DNA from: Gammaproteobacteria bacterium
Lineage (GTDB): Bacteria > Pseudomonadota > Gammaproteobacteria > Eutrophobiales > Eutrophobiaceae
Assembly: GCA_965221695.1 (NCBI GenBank)
Contig: OZ244905.1
Location: forward strand, 416,001 to 480,000
Direction: 5' to 3'
DNA: 64,000 nucleotides
The position numbers and the translations under genes are program-made. The notes beneath the pieces were generated by a model, which was not told where the DNA came from, searched no databases, and was given only the letters and a program-made list of their open reading frames with translations. Shown here one piece after another: positions 1 through 9,455 of the stretch (position 1 is the first letter of the stretch; the number at the start of each line of letters is the position of its first letter).

Positions 1-1
1 C

Positions 2-1318
2 GGTCAATGGACCAGTGATTTTTTTGTGGATAACGACCTGGGATCGCCGCGGCGTTGGCTGGACCGCATCAGTGGATCCTATGCCATCGTGCTGAAAGAT
101 GATTCCTACCATAATGTCTGGGCGAACAGCAAGGCATTGCAACTGGCCGGAATCGGCGCCGGCACGCCGGACCCGGAGGGCGGAAGAATCCAGCGCGAAG
201 CGGATACCCTGAAACCGAATGGAGTCCTGGAAGAAACCGCCACCAGGCTACTCCTTGACCGGGTGCCGCCGTTTACACCCGAACAATTTGACCGCGCCGC
301 AAGAGAACTGCAGAAGTTGCTGCCCGCATACGGGATAACCGGGTTCAAGATCGCCCGCGCACCGGATGCTGTCGCGGAAGCGTTGCTGCGGCTGGACCAT
401 GCAAACGGACTGAAAATGCATGTCAGCCTGGCCTTGCATACGCCCAAAGGCCAGCGCAGCGAACCGTTGGACATCGAACTGCTGGAGGAGAATCGGCGCC
501 GCTTTACTTCTGAACATATCGCTGCGGACAACGTGAAAATCTTTCTCGATGGCGTGCCGACCGCAGCCAGGACCGCAAAAATGCTGGCGCCTTACAAGCC
601 TGGCGCCGGGTTTGACGCAGACTACACCGGCGAACTGTTGCTGGCGCCAGAGTTGCTCGCGGCTGACATTACCGCCCTGGACAAAGCCGGCTTCCGAATT
701 AAGATCCATACCGCAGGTGACGGCTCGGTGCGGGTGGCGCTTGACGCGATCGCACAGGCCCGGCGCAACAATGGCTTTAACGGGCAAGTGCATGAACTCG
801 CGCATGCGGGCTTTATCGATCCCGAAGACATTCCCCGTTTCGCCGCATTACAGGTTGCGCCGGAATTCTCCCCTTTTCTCTGGTTCCCATCGCCAATTAT
901 CGACTCCATCATCAATGCGATCGGCGCGCGCGGTAAATTTTACTGGCCCACACGTGATTTGCTGGATGCCGGCGCGTTCATCGTTACCGGCTCGGACTGG
1001 CCGGCGGCGGTCAAGTCAGCCAATCCATGGCGCGGCATCGAGGCGATGGTGACGCGCCGCCATCCGGACAAGGATGAACCCGGGGCGCTGTGGCCGGAAC
1101 AAGCGATATCTCTTGAGGAAACGTTACGGATTTACACGGTGAATAATGCCGCGGCGTTGGGTTTGGCTGGCCGGACCGGACAACTTAAAACGGGGATGCT
1201 GGCAGACCTGATTGTACTTGACAGGAATTTGTTTGAAATCCCACCGGCGCAAATCAGCGAGACACAAGCGCTGTTGACGCTGTTCGGGGGAGAGATAATA
1301 TATGAGAGAAAGCTCTGA
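2..1318 (+). CDS. Amidohydrolase_3 (YtcJ/NfdA-like) metal-dependent hydrolase, 5'-truncated by window edge
   Basis: Frame is open from position 2 (GQWTSDFFVD...). Motifs KIFLDG, IHTAGD, GSDWP, GMLADLIVLD. Paralogous to 2062..3774. Confidence 0.9.
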   Translation, partial: GQWTSDFFVDNDLGSPRRWLDRISGSYAIVLKDDSYHNVWANSKALQLAGIGAGTPDPEGGRIQREADTLKPNGVLEETATRLLLDRVPPFTPEQFDRAARELQKLLPAYGITGFKIARAPDAVAEALLRLDHANGLKMHVSLALHTPKGQRSEPLDIELLEENRRRFTSEHIAADNVKIFLDGVPTAARTAKMLAPYKPGAGFDADYTGELLLAPELLAADITALDKAGFRIKIHTAGDGSVRVALDAIAQARRNNGFNGQVHELAHAGFIDPEDIPRFAALQVAPEFSPFLWFPSPIIDSIINAIGARGKFYWPTRDLLDAGAFIVTGSDWPAAVKSANPWRGIEAMVTRRHPDKDEPGALWPEQAISLEETLRIYTVNNAAALGLAGRTGQLKTGMLADLIVLDRNLFEIPPAQISETQALLTLFGGEIIYERKL

Positions 1319-1364
1319 CTAAATCAGAGATTACTATGGAAACTCTGACTTAATCAGAGGTTCT
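1308..1364. repeat. Two tandem solo 27-bp palindromes (GGAAACTCTGACTTAATCAGAGGTTCC type)
   Basis: 1308..1334 is degenerate and supplies the TGA stop of the upstream gene. 1338..1364 is flanked by CTAT on both sides. Both match the right end of the 151-bp MITE. Confidence 0.85.
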
Positions 1365-1403
1365 CTATGTAAGTTTTACTGGCTAACCTGCGCCCGGGAT
1401 CCC

Positions 1404-1423
1404 ATTCCCGTGTAAACGGGAAT
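1404..1423. repeat. ATTCCC-N8-GGGAAT REP-like palindrome
   Basis: ATTCCCGTGTAAACGGGAAT. Similar copies at 22061 and 62759. Confidence 0.7.
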
Positions 1424-1491
1424 CCTGTAAGACAACGAGGCGCTCTTTCGAGGGCACAGGTCAGTCAATAAAGTTACCATGTGAGGATACT

Positions 1492-2001
1492 ATGATGGAT
1501 GCCATAGCGTTGAAAGAATTGCAGGCGCCGTTCAAACAGCAATACACTGATGAACCTGCAACGGCCGTCATTACCATGCGCGCAGAAAGCCATTCTGCCG
1601 ATGGTATCGCCTGCAAGGTTGAAACCGGCAGGCAACTGGCGGAAGCCGGCCTGCATCCCGCCGCCGGTGGTGACGGAACCCAGCTTTGTTCCGGAGACAT
1701 GTTGCTGGAAGCGCTGGCTGCGTGCGCCGGCGTAACCCTGAAAGCGGTGGCCACGGCAATGGGCATCAACTTGACCAATGCAAGTGTTTATGCCGAGGGC
1801 GACCTGGATTTTCGCGGCACGCTGGCGGTGGACCGCGCTGCGAAGGTGGGGTTTAAGGACATTCGCTTGCGCTTTGTGCTGGAATCCACTGCGCCGGCAG
1901 AAACCCTGGATAAACTGATCCAACTGACAGAGCGTTATTGCGTCGTGCTGCAAACCCTGAAAGACAGTCCCGGCACGGCTGTAAGCGTCGATTACCACTG
2001 A
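1492..2001 (+). CDS. OsmC/Ohr family protein
   Basis: LLEALAACAG and ERYCVV cysteine motifs; AEGDLDFRG. Confidence 0.85.
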   Translation: MMDAIALKELQAPFKQQYTDEPATAVITMRAESHSADGIACKVETGRQLAEAGLHPAAGGDGTQLCSGDMLLEALAACAGVTLKAVATAMGINLTNASVYAEGDLDFRGTLAVDRAAKVGFKDIRLRFVLESTAPAETLDKLIQLTERYCVVLQTLKDSPGTAVSVDYH

Positions 2002-2061
2002 TTCGATGAGTACGCGAACCTTACATGAGATATTCGTAGATCTGAACTGGAGGGTACAAGA

Positions 2062-3774
2062 ATGCACGGGAGAATCCCGACCTGTCTGCTTGCTGTTGTC
2101 TTAAGCGTATTATGCGGACCTGCCGCTGCCGATGCGCAGGTGGATACCATACTCACCAACGGCCTGATCCATACACTGAACCCGGAACAACCCAAGGCGG
2201 AAGCGCTGGCTATACGCGCCGGCGTGATTGTAGCCGTTGGCGATTCGGAAACCGTTATGTCCCTGGGAGGAGAACAGACCGAAACGGTAGACCTCAACGG
2301 CAAAACCGTGCTGCCCGGCTTCCATGACCTGCATGTGCATCCCTTGTTTGCCGGGGTCAGGCAAACGGAATGTACTATTGCTCAAGGTTCCACCCTGGAA
2401 CAGATTCAACTGGCAGTGCAAACCTGTATCGATAGGGCGAATGCGGGTGGCTGGATCACCGGCGGGCAGTGGGACGCATTCGCGATCGGTGATATCCCGG
2501 ATCGCACGATGCTCGACATGTTTTCACCTGAGAACCCGGTGCTGTTAAGCGATACCAGCGGCCACAGCGCCTGGGCCAATTCCAGGGCGCTGGCTGTCGC
2601 CGGCATCACGGCAGATACGCCGGACCCTGAGGGTGGCATAATTGAACGCGACCGCACCGGTGAACCCACCGGCATCCTGCGGGAATCGGCCATAATGCTG
2701 GTCAGAATGCATGTGCCGCCACCTTCGGATGAAACGCTGCGTAACGCGCTCAACTGGAGCCTTAAACAGATGCTGTCTCATGGCATCACTTCTTTTACGG
2801 AGGCATCAACAGGGTTTGTTGCCGGCATGGCCCGGGAAGCACAACTGTATGCGCAGATGGCTGATGCGGGACAGGTCAAGCAACGGGTCAGGCTGTGTTT
2901 GAACTGGGAACCCGGCAATGCAGAACTCGAAGCGGTGATCGAACAGCGCAACCTGTACGCACGCGACCATGTCGCCACCGATTGCATCAAGATTTTTCTC
3001 GATGGCGTGCCGACCGACAGCCATACCGCAGCGATGCTGGAACCTTATGCCCGCCCGATGGAAGGACGCGCGGATGCAGCAAGTCGCTACGGCATGCTGC
3101 TGGTGGAACAGGATATTCTGAACGAGGCGGTGACCCGGTTTGACCGAATGGGCCTGACCGTAAAGTTCCATGCCGCCGGTGACGCCGCAGTGCGCGCGGG
3201 CTTGAATGCCTTCGAGGCGGCACGTGCCGCCAACGGATTCAGTGGGCAGCTACACGATGTGGGTCATTGTACCTTCGTCGCAAGAGAAGACCTGCCCCGC
3301 GCGCGGACTATCGGGGCGACCTTTGAAGTGTCTCCCTACCTGTGGAGTCCCAGTCCGATCAACGATGATATTTCCAAGGAGGTCGGCGCTGAACGTACAC
3401 GGCGGGTATGGCCGGTACGGGAGATGCTCGAAGCCGATGCGCTGGTGGTCGCGGGCTCGGATTGGGCTGTCGTACCCTCGGTTAACCCGTGGATAGCGGT
3501 TGAGGCGCTGGTCACGCGGGAACTGCCGGGCGGCAGCGACACGAGTTTCGGCAAGGAACAGGCCATTACCCTGGAACAGGCCATCCGGTTGTTTACGGTC
3601 AATGCGGCCAAACACCTGGGCGTGGCGGACCAGCTCGGCCGTATCGAACCCGGCCTGCTGGCCGACTTGATCGTGGTCGACCGTGATCCCTACAGCATCC
3701 CGGTAACGGAATTGCACCAGGTCAGGGTTGAACAGACCATGATCAACGGTGAACAGGTTTACCAGGCAAAATAG
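2062..3774 (+). CDS. Exported amidohydrolase_3 (YtcJ/NfdA-like)
   Basis: N-terminal signal peptide; PGFHDLHVH, KIFLDG, FHAAGD, GSDW motifs. Confidence 0.92.
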   Translation: MHGRIPTCLLAVVLSVLCGPAAADAQVDTILTNGLIHTLNPEQPKAEALAIRAGVIVAVGDSETVMSLGGEQTETVDLNGKTVLPGFHDLHVHPLFAGVRQTECTIAQGSTLEQIQLAVQTCIDRANAGGWITGGQWDAFAIGDIPDRTMLDMFSPENPVLLSDTSGHSAWANSRALAVAGITADTPDPEGGIIERDRTGEPTGILRESAIMLVRMHVPPPSDETLRNALNWSLKQMLSHGITSFTEASTGFVAGMAREAQLYAQMADAGQVKQRVRLCLNWEPGNAELEAVIEQRNLYARDHVATDCIKIFLDGVPTDSHTAAMLEPYARPMEGRADAASRYGMLLVEQDILNEAVTRFDRMGLTVKFHAAGDAAVRAGLNAFEAARAANGFSGQLHDVGHCTFVAREDLPRARTIGATFEVSPYLWSPSPINDDISKEVGAERTRRVWPVREMLEADALVVAGSDWAVVPSVNPWIAVEALVTRELPGGSDTSFGKEQAITLEQAIRLFTVNAAKHLGVADQLGRIEPGLLADLIVVDRDPYSIPVTELHQVRVEQTMINGEQVYQAK

Positions 3775-3829
3775 ATAGCGCCCACCCTGGGGGTGATATC
3801 CGCTGCGCTCCCTGAGAGGGGGCGCCTGT

Positions 3830-3937
3830 GCTGGCGACCAGTACGACTTTCAAACCCGATTGAACAAGCCTGTTGCTGATTACCTGCCCCATCTCGCCGG
3901 TGGCGCCGACTATAACAGCCATTCCCGGCTCTTGCAT
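3830..3937 (-). pseudogene. N-terminal fragment of an SDR oxidoreductase
   Basis: RBS-preceded MQEPGMAVIVGATGEMGQVISNRLVQSGLKVVLVA (Rossmann GxxGxxG), after which similarity is lost. Confidence 0.65.
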
Positions 3938-3950
3938 AGGCCTCTCCTCT

Positions 3951-4877
3951 TCAGGTATATGCCTCCATAAAACTCTGCGGCACATGGTGAGTCTGAGCAA
4001 AAGCCGCCTCTCCGAGGTTGTCCATGGTCCAAGTCAGGGTGGGATAATCCGGATACCATGTATAACCTTCGCAGAAAATTTCGTTGCGATTGCCCGAAGG
4101 ATCGAAGAAATACACCGTTTTGACCCGCGTGACGCCATGACGATCCATCATTTCCACAGGGATGTGGTATTTGCCAATGAGATCCGAGGCATGCACATGA
4201 TCCTGAACGGAATCAAGGCGAAATGACACATGATGCAATAGTCCGGGTTCCGGTTGCTGTACAAATGCGACATCGTGCGCTCTGGTCGAACAGGACATGA
4301 ACATCAGAACCGGCGTGCCATCATCAGTCACGATCTGCTCCGACAATCCAAAGCCTAGTATCTCGGTAAACAGCCTGGCGTTCTGTTCAATGTCCGGACC
4401 TGCGATCAAGCAGTGGTCCAGGCCATTAATGCGAAAGCCGCGACAAACGCCTTCATCGGGGATGACACCCGGGTTCACCGTGCCAAGAGTATTTCCGACG
4501 TATTCTTTCTCGGCAAACAGGTGCATTTCCTGCCCGGTGGGTAACTGAAGTCTCAGGCGCCGTCCCGATTTTGGATAAACGCCGGCTGCCACCTCTTCGA
4601 CATCAATACCGAAATCATTGATCCTGATTTTCAGTTCATCCAGTGTTGCATCGTTCCGGACCTTAAACGCCAGGTGATCAAGCCCCGGCCTGTCGCTTGT
4701 GCGCAAGATCACGCTGTGGTGGTCTTTTTCATCCCACGCCTTGTAGTAAACCAGGCCATTATCATCGACCAGGGTCTCGAGCAACCCCATGTGCTCACCG
4801 TAATGTTTCCTGGACTCATCCATGTCCATTACCCGCAACTGAACTTCCGCCAAACGCAATACACCATTCATGGACAT
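3951..4877 (-). CDS. xylE: Catechol 2,3-dioxygenase (extradiol, XylE family)
   Basis: YYKAWDEKDHHS, DHCL, AHDVAF, HHVSF, RHG and YFFDPSGNRNE; metal ligands present. Confidence 0.9.
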   Translation of the reverse strand: MSMNGVLRLAEVQLRVMDMDESRKHYGEHMGLLETLVDDNGLVYYKAWDEKDHHSVILRTSDRPGLDHLAFKVRNDATLDELKIRINDFGIDVEEVAAGVYPKSGRRLRLQLPTGQEMHLFAEKEYVGNTLGTVNPGVIPDEGVCRGFRINGLDHCLIAGPDIEQNARLFTEILGFGLSEQIVTDDGTPVLMFMSCSTRAHDVAFVQQPEPGLLHHVSFRLDSVQDHVHASDLIGKYHIPVEMMDRHGVTRVKTVYFFDPSGNRNEIFCEGYTWYPDYPTLTWTMDNLGEAAFAQTHHVPQSFMEAYT

Positions 4878-4909
4878 AGGCGCCTCCTCTCTTTGCTGTT
4901 TCTGATTTA

Positions 4910-4936
4910 GGAAACTCTGATTAAGTCAGAGCTTCC
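4910..4936. repeat. Solo 27-bp palindrome of the 151-bp MITE family (reverse orientation)
   Basis: GGAAACTCTGATTAAGTCAGAGCTTCC. Confidence 0.85.
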
Positions 4937-4952
4937 ATTATACATTCAACTG

Positions 4953-5342
4953 TTACTCACCAATCGTTGCGCGTGCGGGCATCAGGTACCAGAGGATAGC
5001 CGCAACGATGAACAATGCCGGCACATCACCGACAAGATTCGACCGTTCGGAAACATCCACGATGGCATGAAGCAACATGATGCCGCCATGTACGATATTC
5101 GACCAAACGGTGAACCAGATTAGGCTGGTATGCTCCAAGGGATTTTTTGCCGCCAGTATGAGAAACACTCCCAGAGTGGCGTACACGCCCATGATCATCT
5201 GTTCATACTCCGGTTGCCTGGGCAGCCAGGTCCAGCCTGAGGCCTCGAACCCCATCATCAGAACAGGGACTCCGACCAGATAAATAACCCCGATGACATA
5301 TAACGCGCTACTCAAATACTTCAGTTTATCTTCTCGTTGCAT
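4953..5342 (-). CDS. Small membrane protein (DUF6632-like)
   Basis: About four hydrophobic segments; YEQMIMGVYATLGVFL...SLIWFTVWS..HG motif. Confidence 0.65.
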   Translation of the reverse strand: MQREDKLKYLSSALYVIGVIYLVGVPVLMMGFEASGWTWLPRQPEYEQMIMGVYATLGVFLILAAKNPLEHTSLIWFTVWSNIVHGGIMLLHAIVDVSERSNLVGDVPALFIVAAILWYLMPARATIGE

Positions 5343-5431
5343 AACTGCCTCCGCTTGTTTTACCAGATTACCGATAATTTATACTTTGACTGGAGACTGA
5401 AGACAAGCCGCCGCCGGCTTAATCCGTCTTG

Positions 5432-5509
5432 CCAGTTATTTTCCTACAAATATTGCTCCAAGGAAATGAGTCAGGGGTACTTGCTGCGTAGCTTCTCCAC
5501 GTCGACGCT
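5432..5509 (-). pseudogene. 3'-end remnant of an NmrA-family paralog
   Basis: 78 bp aligning with 9459..9536. Translation SVDVEKLRSKYP*LISLEQYL*ENNW has two nonsense codons. Confidence 0.8.
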
Positions 5510-5521
5510 AATGATGCTATG

Positions 5522-6736
5522 TTATTTTACAGTCTTATCATAACCGGGAAGGCTCAAGGTTACCGCAGACGAAATGAGGATGACCAGCACAGCATACATC
5601 AATACCTCCCGGTATGACCCGTAGTTCTCAAAAGCCAGGCCGAACGCGTAAGGGCCCAGTGACGTGCCGACAAGAAAAGATACAAACAGGATACCGTAAA
5701 TCCTGCCGAAATTGGCGACCCCGAAGTAGCGACTGGTCAGGTAGGCCAGCATATCGATCTCAGCTCCCAGGCTCAAACCCACACAGAGCGCCGCAAAAAA
5801 GGCGAGAGAATTTACCGCGCCGGACGCGAGCACACCCACACCGATAGCGCTGATCAGAAAACAGGTAACGGCGACCCGTCTGGCATCAAAGCGATCGATC
5901 AAATACCCGATGAAAATACGCGAGCACACGATGGCAATGCCCAGGGTAGACTGTACCAACGCGGCATCGGCCGTGGTCATACCGCGATCGGACATCATCG
6001 GCGCCAGGTGTGCCAACACACCGTACAAGCCGAATGACAACAGGCTGAAGATCAGAAACAACTGCCATAACAAGCGTGATTTCAGCATCGGAACGATTTC
6101 CATGGAACTCTTTTCATGATGTATCCCGCGCGCCCCTGCCCTACCCTGTGCTGCCGGCGCATCGCGCAGGAAAAAATACACCAGCGGCACGGTCACAATC
6201 AGCGTAATTACCGCCAGGAAGAGATAACCACCGCGCCAGCCATGGGTATCGATAACATACTGAATGAGTGGTGGAACATAGGCAAACCCCATGCCGCTGC
6301 CGCCCATCGCGATCCCGATTGCCAGGCCGCGCCGGTTGTCGAACCAGGTGGTAATGGTGCGCAGGTAAGGCAACGCATTGGCGCCGGCGCCCAGGCAACC
6401 CATCAGGATATAGAGGAGAAACAGTTTCCAAAGGGTGTCGACGAACAGTGCAGGCAACGCAAGCAGTGCGGCAAAGACCAGGATGGAGGGCAATAACACC
6501 TTCCTGGAGCCAAAGCGGTCCACCAGCCGGCCGATAACGGGGATACTGAGCGCCAATGCGATAGTGAAGTACGTTGCCGCCAGGCTCACTTGGCTGCGAT
6601 CCCAACCGAATTCTTCACCAAACGGTTTGATAAACAGTGCGAGGGCGCCGAATGCAAACTGACCCGGACCGGTGGACATCGCAACCGCCGCCACCGCCAC
6701 GATCCACCAGCCGCGATAGGTTATGCGGTTTTCCAC
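5522..6736 (-). CDS. MFS transporter
   Basis: About 12 TM segments; GRLVDRFGSRK motif A. Confidence 0.9.
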   Translation of the reverse strand: MENRITYRGWWIVAVAAVAMSTGPGQFAFGALALFIKPFGEEFGWDRSQVSLAATYFTIALALSIPVIGRLVDRFGSRKVLLPSILVFAALLALPALFVDTLWKLFLLYILMGCLGAGANALPYLRTITTWFDNRRGLAIGIAMGGSGMGFAYVPPLIQYVIDTHGWRGGYLFLAVITLIVTVPLVYFFLRDAPAAQGRAGARGIHHEKSSMEIVPMLKSRLLWQLFLIFSLLSFGLYGVLAHLAPMMSDRGMTTADAALVQSTLGIAIVCSRIFIGYLIDRFDARRVAVTCFLISAIGVGVLASGAVNSLAFFAALCVGLSLGAEIDMLAYLTSRYFGVANFGRIYGILFVSFLVGTSLGPYAFGLAFENYGSYREVLMYAVLVILISSAVTLSLPGYDKTVK

Positions 6737-6835
6737 AGTAGGGTTAAGTACGTTATTATAGGAGACTCATGTATGGTGAGAAGATCCACAGTTAGTGCAG
6801 TTTAAGTTCTGTAGCTGACGCTGTCCAATAGCAAA

Positions 6836-8143
6836 ATGACAGACAGGTATGACAATGCCCGGCTTCGCTCGCTGATTCGCCCGGATTGTGTCCATAAAGA
6901 TGTCTATATAGACCCGGCAATATTCAGGCTGGAACTGCAACATATATTTTCCCGTTGCTGGCAATACCTGTGCCATCAGAGTCAGTTACCCAACTCCGGA
7001 GACTACCTGACCACCGATATTGCCGGAAATCCCATTATCGTTATCCGTCACGAAGACAACAGCATCAAGGTCTTGCACAATCGTTGTGCCCACAGGGGCG
7101 CGAAGGTGCTGGAACGCAGGCAAGGTCACACAAGAACATTGACTTGCAGCTATCACGGTTGGCGCTACGGGACCGACGGCGAGTTGCTTTCGATACCTTG
7201 CCGAGACAATTACCGGGATACGGATGTTGAGATTAACCGGAATGATTACAGGCTGTCTGAGATAAGGTCGGAAAGTTACCGCGGTTTCATTTTTGCGAAC
7301 CTGGCCCAGGATACTCCCGGTCTGATGGACTACCTGGGCAACGCCCGGCGCGCCTTGGACAACATGGTGGACCGGTCGCCGGAAGGAGAGATAGAAGCGG
7401 TAACAGGTTCGTTCAGGGTATTGTACCGAAATAACTGGAAGATATACCTGGAGAACCTTCACGATGGCATGCACCCGTTGCACGTACACCGGTCATCGAT
7501 CGATGCAAGTCGGACACAAATTGACCGAATCGCGAACACATCTGAGAAAACTGTTCCCCTCGCCCTACAACTGGTACAGGCAAACGACCAGGATTATCAG
7601 CAGATGGAAGAGCTGGAGGTTACCTGTTATGAATACGGCCACAGTGATATGCGCGGGTTCCGCAATCCTGATACTCTCAGCGACCCGGCCTACCGGGAAT
7701 ATGTGGACCGGCACCGGGCTAGTTATGGCAAACAGCGATCCACCCAAATCCTGAACATGAACCTGCACAACGTCAACTTCTATCCGGGTGCCTCTGCCCA
7801 CCCGCGCTTCCTGCAGTTGCGGGTGATCAAACCGCTGGCGGCAGACAGGACAGCCATTGAGATTAACGTGTTCCGCTGGAACGGCGCGCCGGAAGAAATC
7901 AACCGGAGAAATATCATCTATGCCAATACCGTTCATTCTCCCTCCTCGCTCATCAAGCCCGATGACCTGGAGGCCTACCGCCGCGTGCAGGAAGGATTGC
8001 GCGCAACCGGGAGTGAATGGGTCAGCCAGCATAGCCGCTTTGACCCGGATGCAGACAATGTCTCACCGCAGACCGCACTGAGCGAGCAATACATCCGCAA
8101 CCAGTACCGGGCCTGGCTGGCCTGTATGTGCCGGGAAACATGA
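6836..8143 (+). CDS. Aromatic ring-hydroxylating Rieske oxygenase alpha subunit
   Basis: CAH...CSYH Rieske motif; NWK..ENLHDGMH...H mononuclear Fe site. Confidence 0.92.
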   Translation: MTDRYDNARLRSLIRPDCVHKDVYIDPAIFRLELQHIFSRCWQYLCHQSQLPNSGDYLTTDIAGNPIIVIRHEDNSIKVLHNRCAHRGAKVLERRQGHTRTLTCSYHGWRYGTDGELLSIPCRDNYRDTDVEINRNDYRLSEIRSESYRGFIFANLAQDTPGLMDYLGNARRALDNMVDRSPEGEIEAVTGSFRVLYRNNWKIYLENLHDGMHPLHVHRSSIDASRTQIDRIANTSEKTVPLALQLVQANDQDYQQMEELEVTCYEYGHSDMRGFRNPDTLSDPAYREYVDRHRASYGKQRSTQILNMNLHNVNFYPGASAHPRFLQLRVIKPLAADRTAIEINVFRWNGAPEEINRRNIIYANTVHSPSSLIKPDDLEAYRRVQEGLRATGSEWVSQHSRFDPDADNVSPQTALSEQYIRNQYRAWLACMCRET

Positions 8144-8655
8144 TAATTACCGACCACATCAAACTGGGAACGCTGACTGAGACTGACCTGCGTGCGCTGG
8201 AACTGTTGCTGTACCGGGAAACGGAATACCTGGATCAGACCCGTTACGATGACTGGTTGGCGTTGTTCACCGACGATTGCCGATACTGGGTACCTGCAAC
8301 AAAAGGCCAGACAGACCCCGTCAACGAACTTTCCCTGTTCTATGAGGACCGCGACCTGATGGAAATGCGCATTGCCAGGCTGCGTCATCCGCGGGCACAT
8401 TCCCTGGATAATCCCGTGACCACGAGTCATGTCACCGGTGACAAGATGATTGAAGATATCGATGCCGCTTCAGGCCAGATAATCGTCACCACACGGTTCC
8501 AGATGACAGAACACCAACGGGGCAAACAACGCCTGTTCGCCGGTACCTACCGTTACTGTTTACGCCGGGTAGATAAGGATTTTAAAATCAGTCTCAAGCG
8601 AGTGGACTTGATCAACTGCGACGCCTGCCACGAATCTTTGCAGGTGTTCATATGA
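8140..8655 (+). CDS. Ring-hydroxylating dioxygenase beta subunit
   Basis: LYRETEYLD..YDDWLALF...YWVP and KRVDL motifs; ATGA overlap with the alpha gene. Confidence 0.9.
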   Translation: MIITDHIKLGTLTETDLRALELLLYRETEYLDQTRYDDWLALFTDDCRYWVPATKGQTDPVNELSLFYEDRDLMEMRIARLRHPRAHSLDNPVTTSHVTGDKMIEDIDAASGQIIVTTRFQMTEHQRGKQRLFAGTYRYCLRRVDKDFKISLKRVDLINCDACHESLQVFI

Positions 8656-8678
8656 GCCAACTCTTACAGGTTATCTGA

Positions 8679-8753
8679 ATGCCCCCGGAACTCTCTCCCG
8701 ATAATACCGCGCTACTGATCGTGGATATGAGCCTGGACTTCGCTTCATTGTAA
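8679..8753 (+). pseudogene. N-terminal fragment of an isochorismatase/cysteine hydrolase
   Basis: MPPELSPDNTALLIVDM, then a stop at the edge of the long repeat. Confidence 0.5.
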
Positions 8754-9422
8754 AAACTATCCCTCAAATGGGCTGGCGGAGGCGAGCCAAGCAAACTCAG
8801 GCGCAATAATTTTCACAAAATGTGAGTTTTCTCACAATTTCGCCAATTTTTTGCTTGTCAACGTTTTGCGCGCCGGTAAGATCGTACCTATCCGAACGCA
8901 ATGTGCGACAGACGGCCCGCCGATAGTATAGAGGTGTACAAAATTGCGGGATACCGGCAGCATAACGTTCGGACGTTTGCTTGTGCTGTGCCACAAGCGC
9001 CCCTACTTGCCGTACATGGCCTGATTGGTTATCCAGGCCGCGTTAAGGATAACCTGGCGCCAGGGGGAAGGCGGTGTCTCCAATCCACGCTACATCGCTC
9101 CGCCTCCCCCTGGCAGGGGTTTAACCCGAAAATCTCACCAATTCGCTTGCCAGCATCGGATAGATGTTTGCTGTGAATGAGTTATGGTAATCTATCAAGT
9201 ATGTTGCCATTACACACTGCGCTTGATGCGTCCTCGCTGGTCTTTTTTGCGTTAGCGGGCACATGCTCCCTCAACCAGAAGAACCACTATGCTTTCGGTC
9301 GCGAGCACCCGCTAACACAAAAAATCCTCAGCGATCATCGCATCAATTGGTGAGATTTCCGGGTTAACCGCTGACGCATGCAGATTTACAGCGCTAAGCA
9401 GGGAAACTTCGGCTACAGCCTG
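8753..9422. repeat. Long structured non-coding repeat, copy 1 (interrupted by a 239-bp MITE)
   Basis: 8753..9124 is near-identical to 11593..11965. Similarity resumes at 9368..9422 versus 11966..12053, with a ~34-bp deletion in this copy. Confidence 0.92.
9125..9363. mobile_element. 239-bp MITE with 19-bp TIRs and TTAA target duplication
   Basis: CCCGAAAATCTCACCAATT ... AATTGGTGAGATTTCCGGG. TTAA at 9121 and 9364. The empty site (single TTAA, 11962) is present in repeat copy 2. Confidence 0.92.
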
Positions 9423-9455
9423 CGCTCCCAGGGTTAATGCCAAAGCCTTTCCGAC

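Noticed and set aside
1308-1364. Possible CRISPR array from tandem palindromes
   Set aside because: Only two adjacent units, no spacers, no cas genes; the units belong to the MITE family.
1410-1465. Possible cobalamin riboswitch (AAACGGGAA)
   Set aside because: Lacks the GCCCCCGCAACTGT and B12-box elements; explained by the REP-like palindrome.
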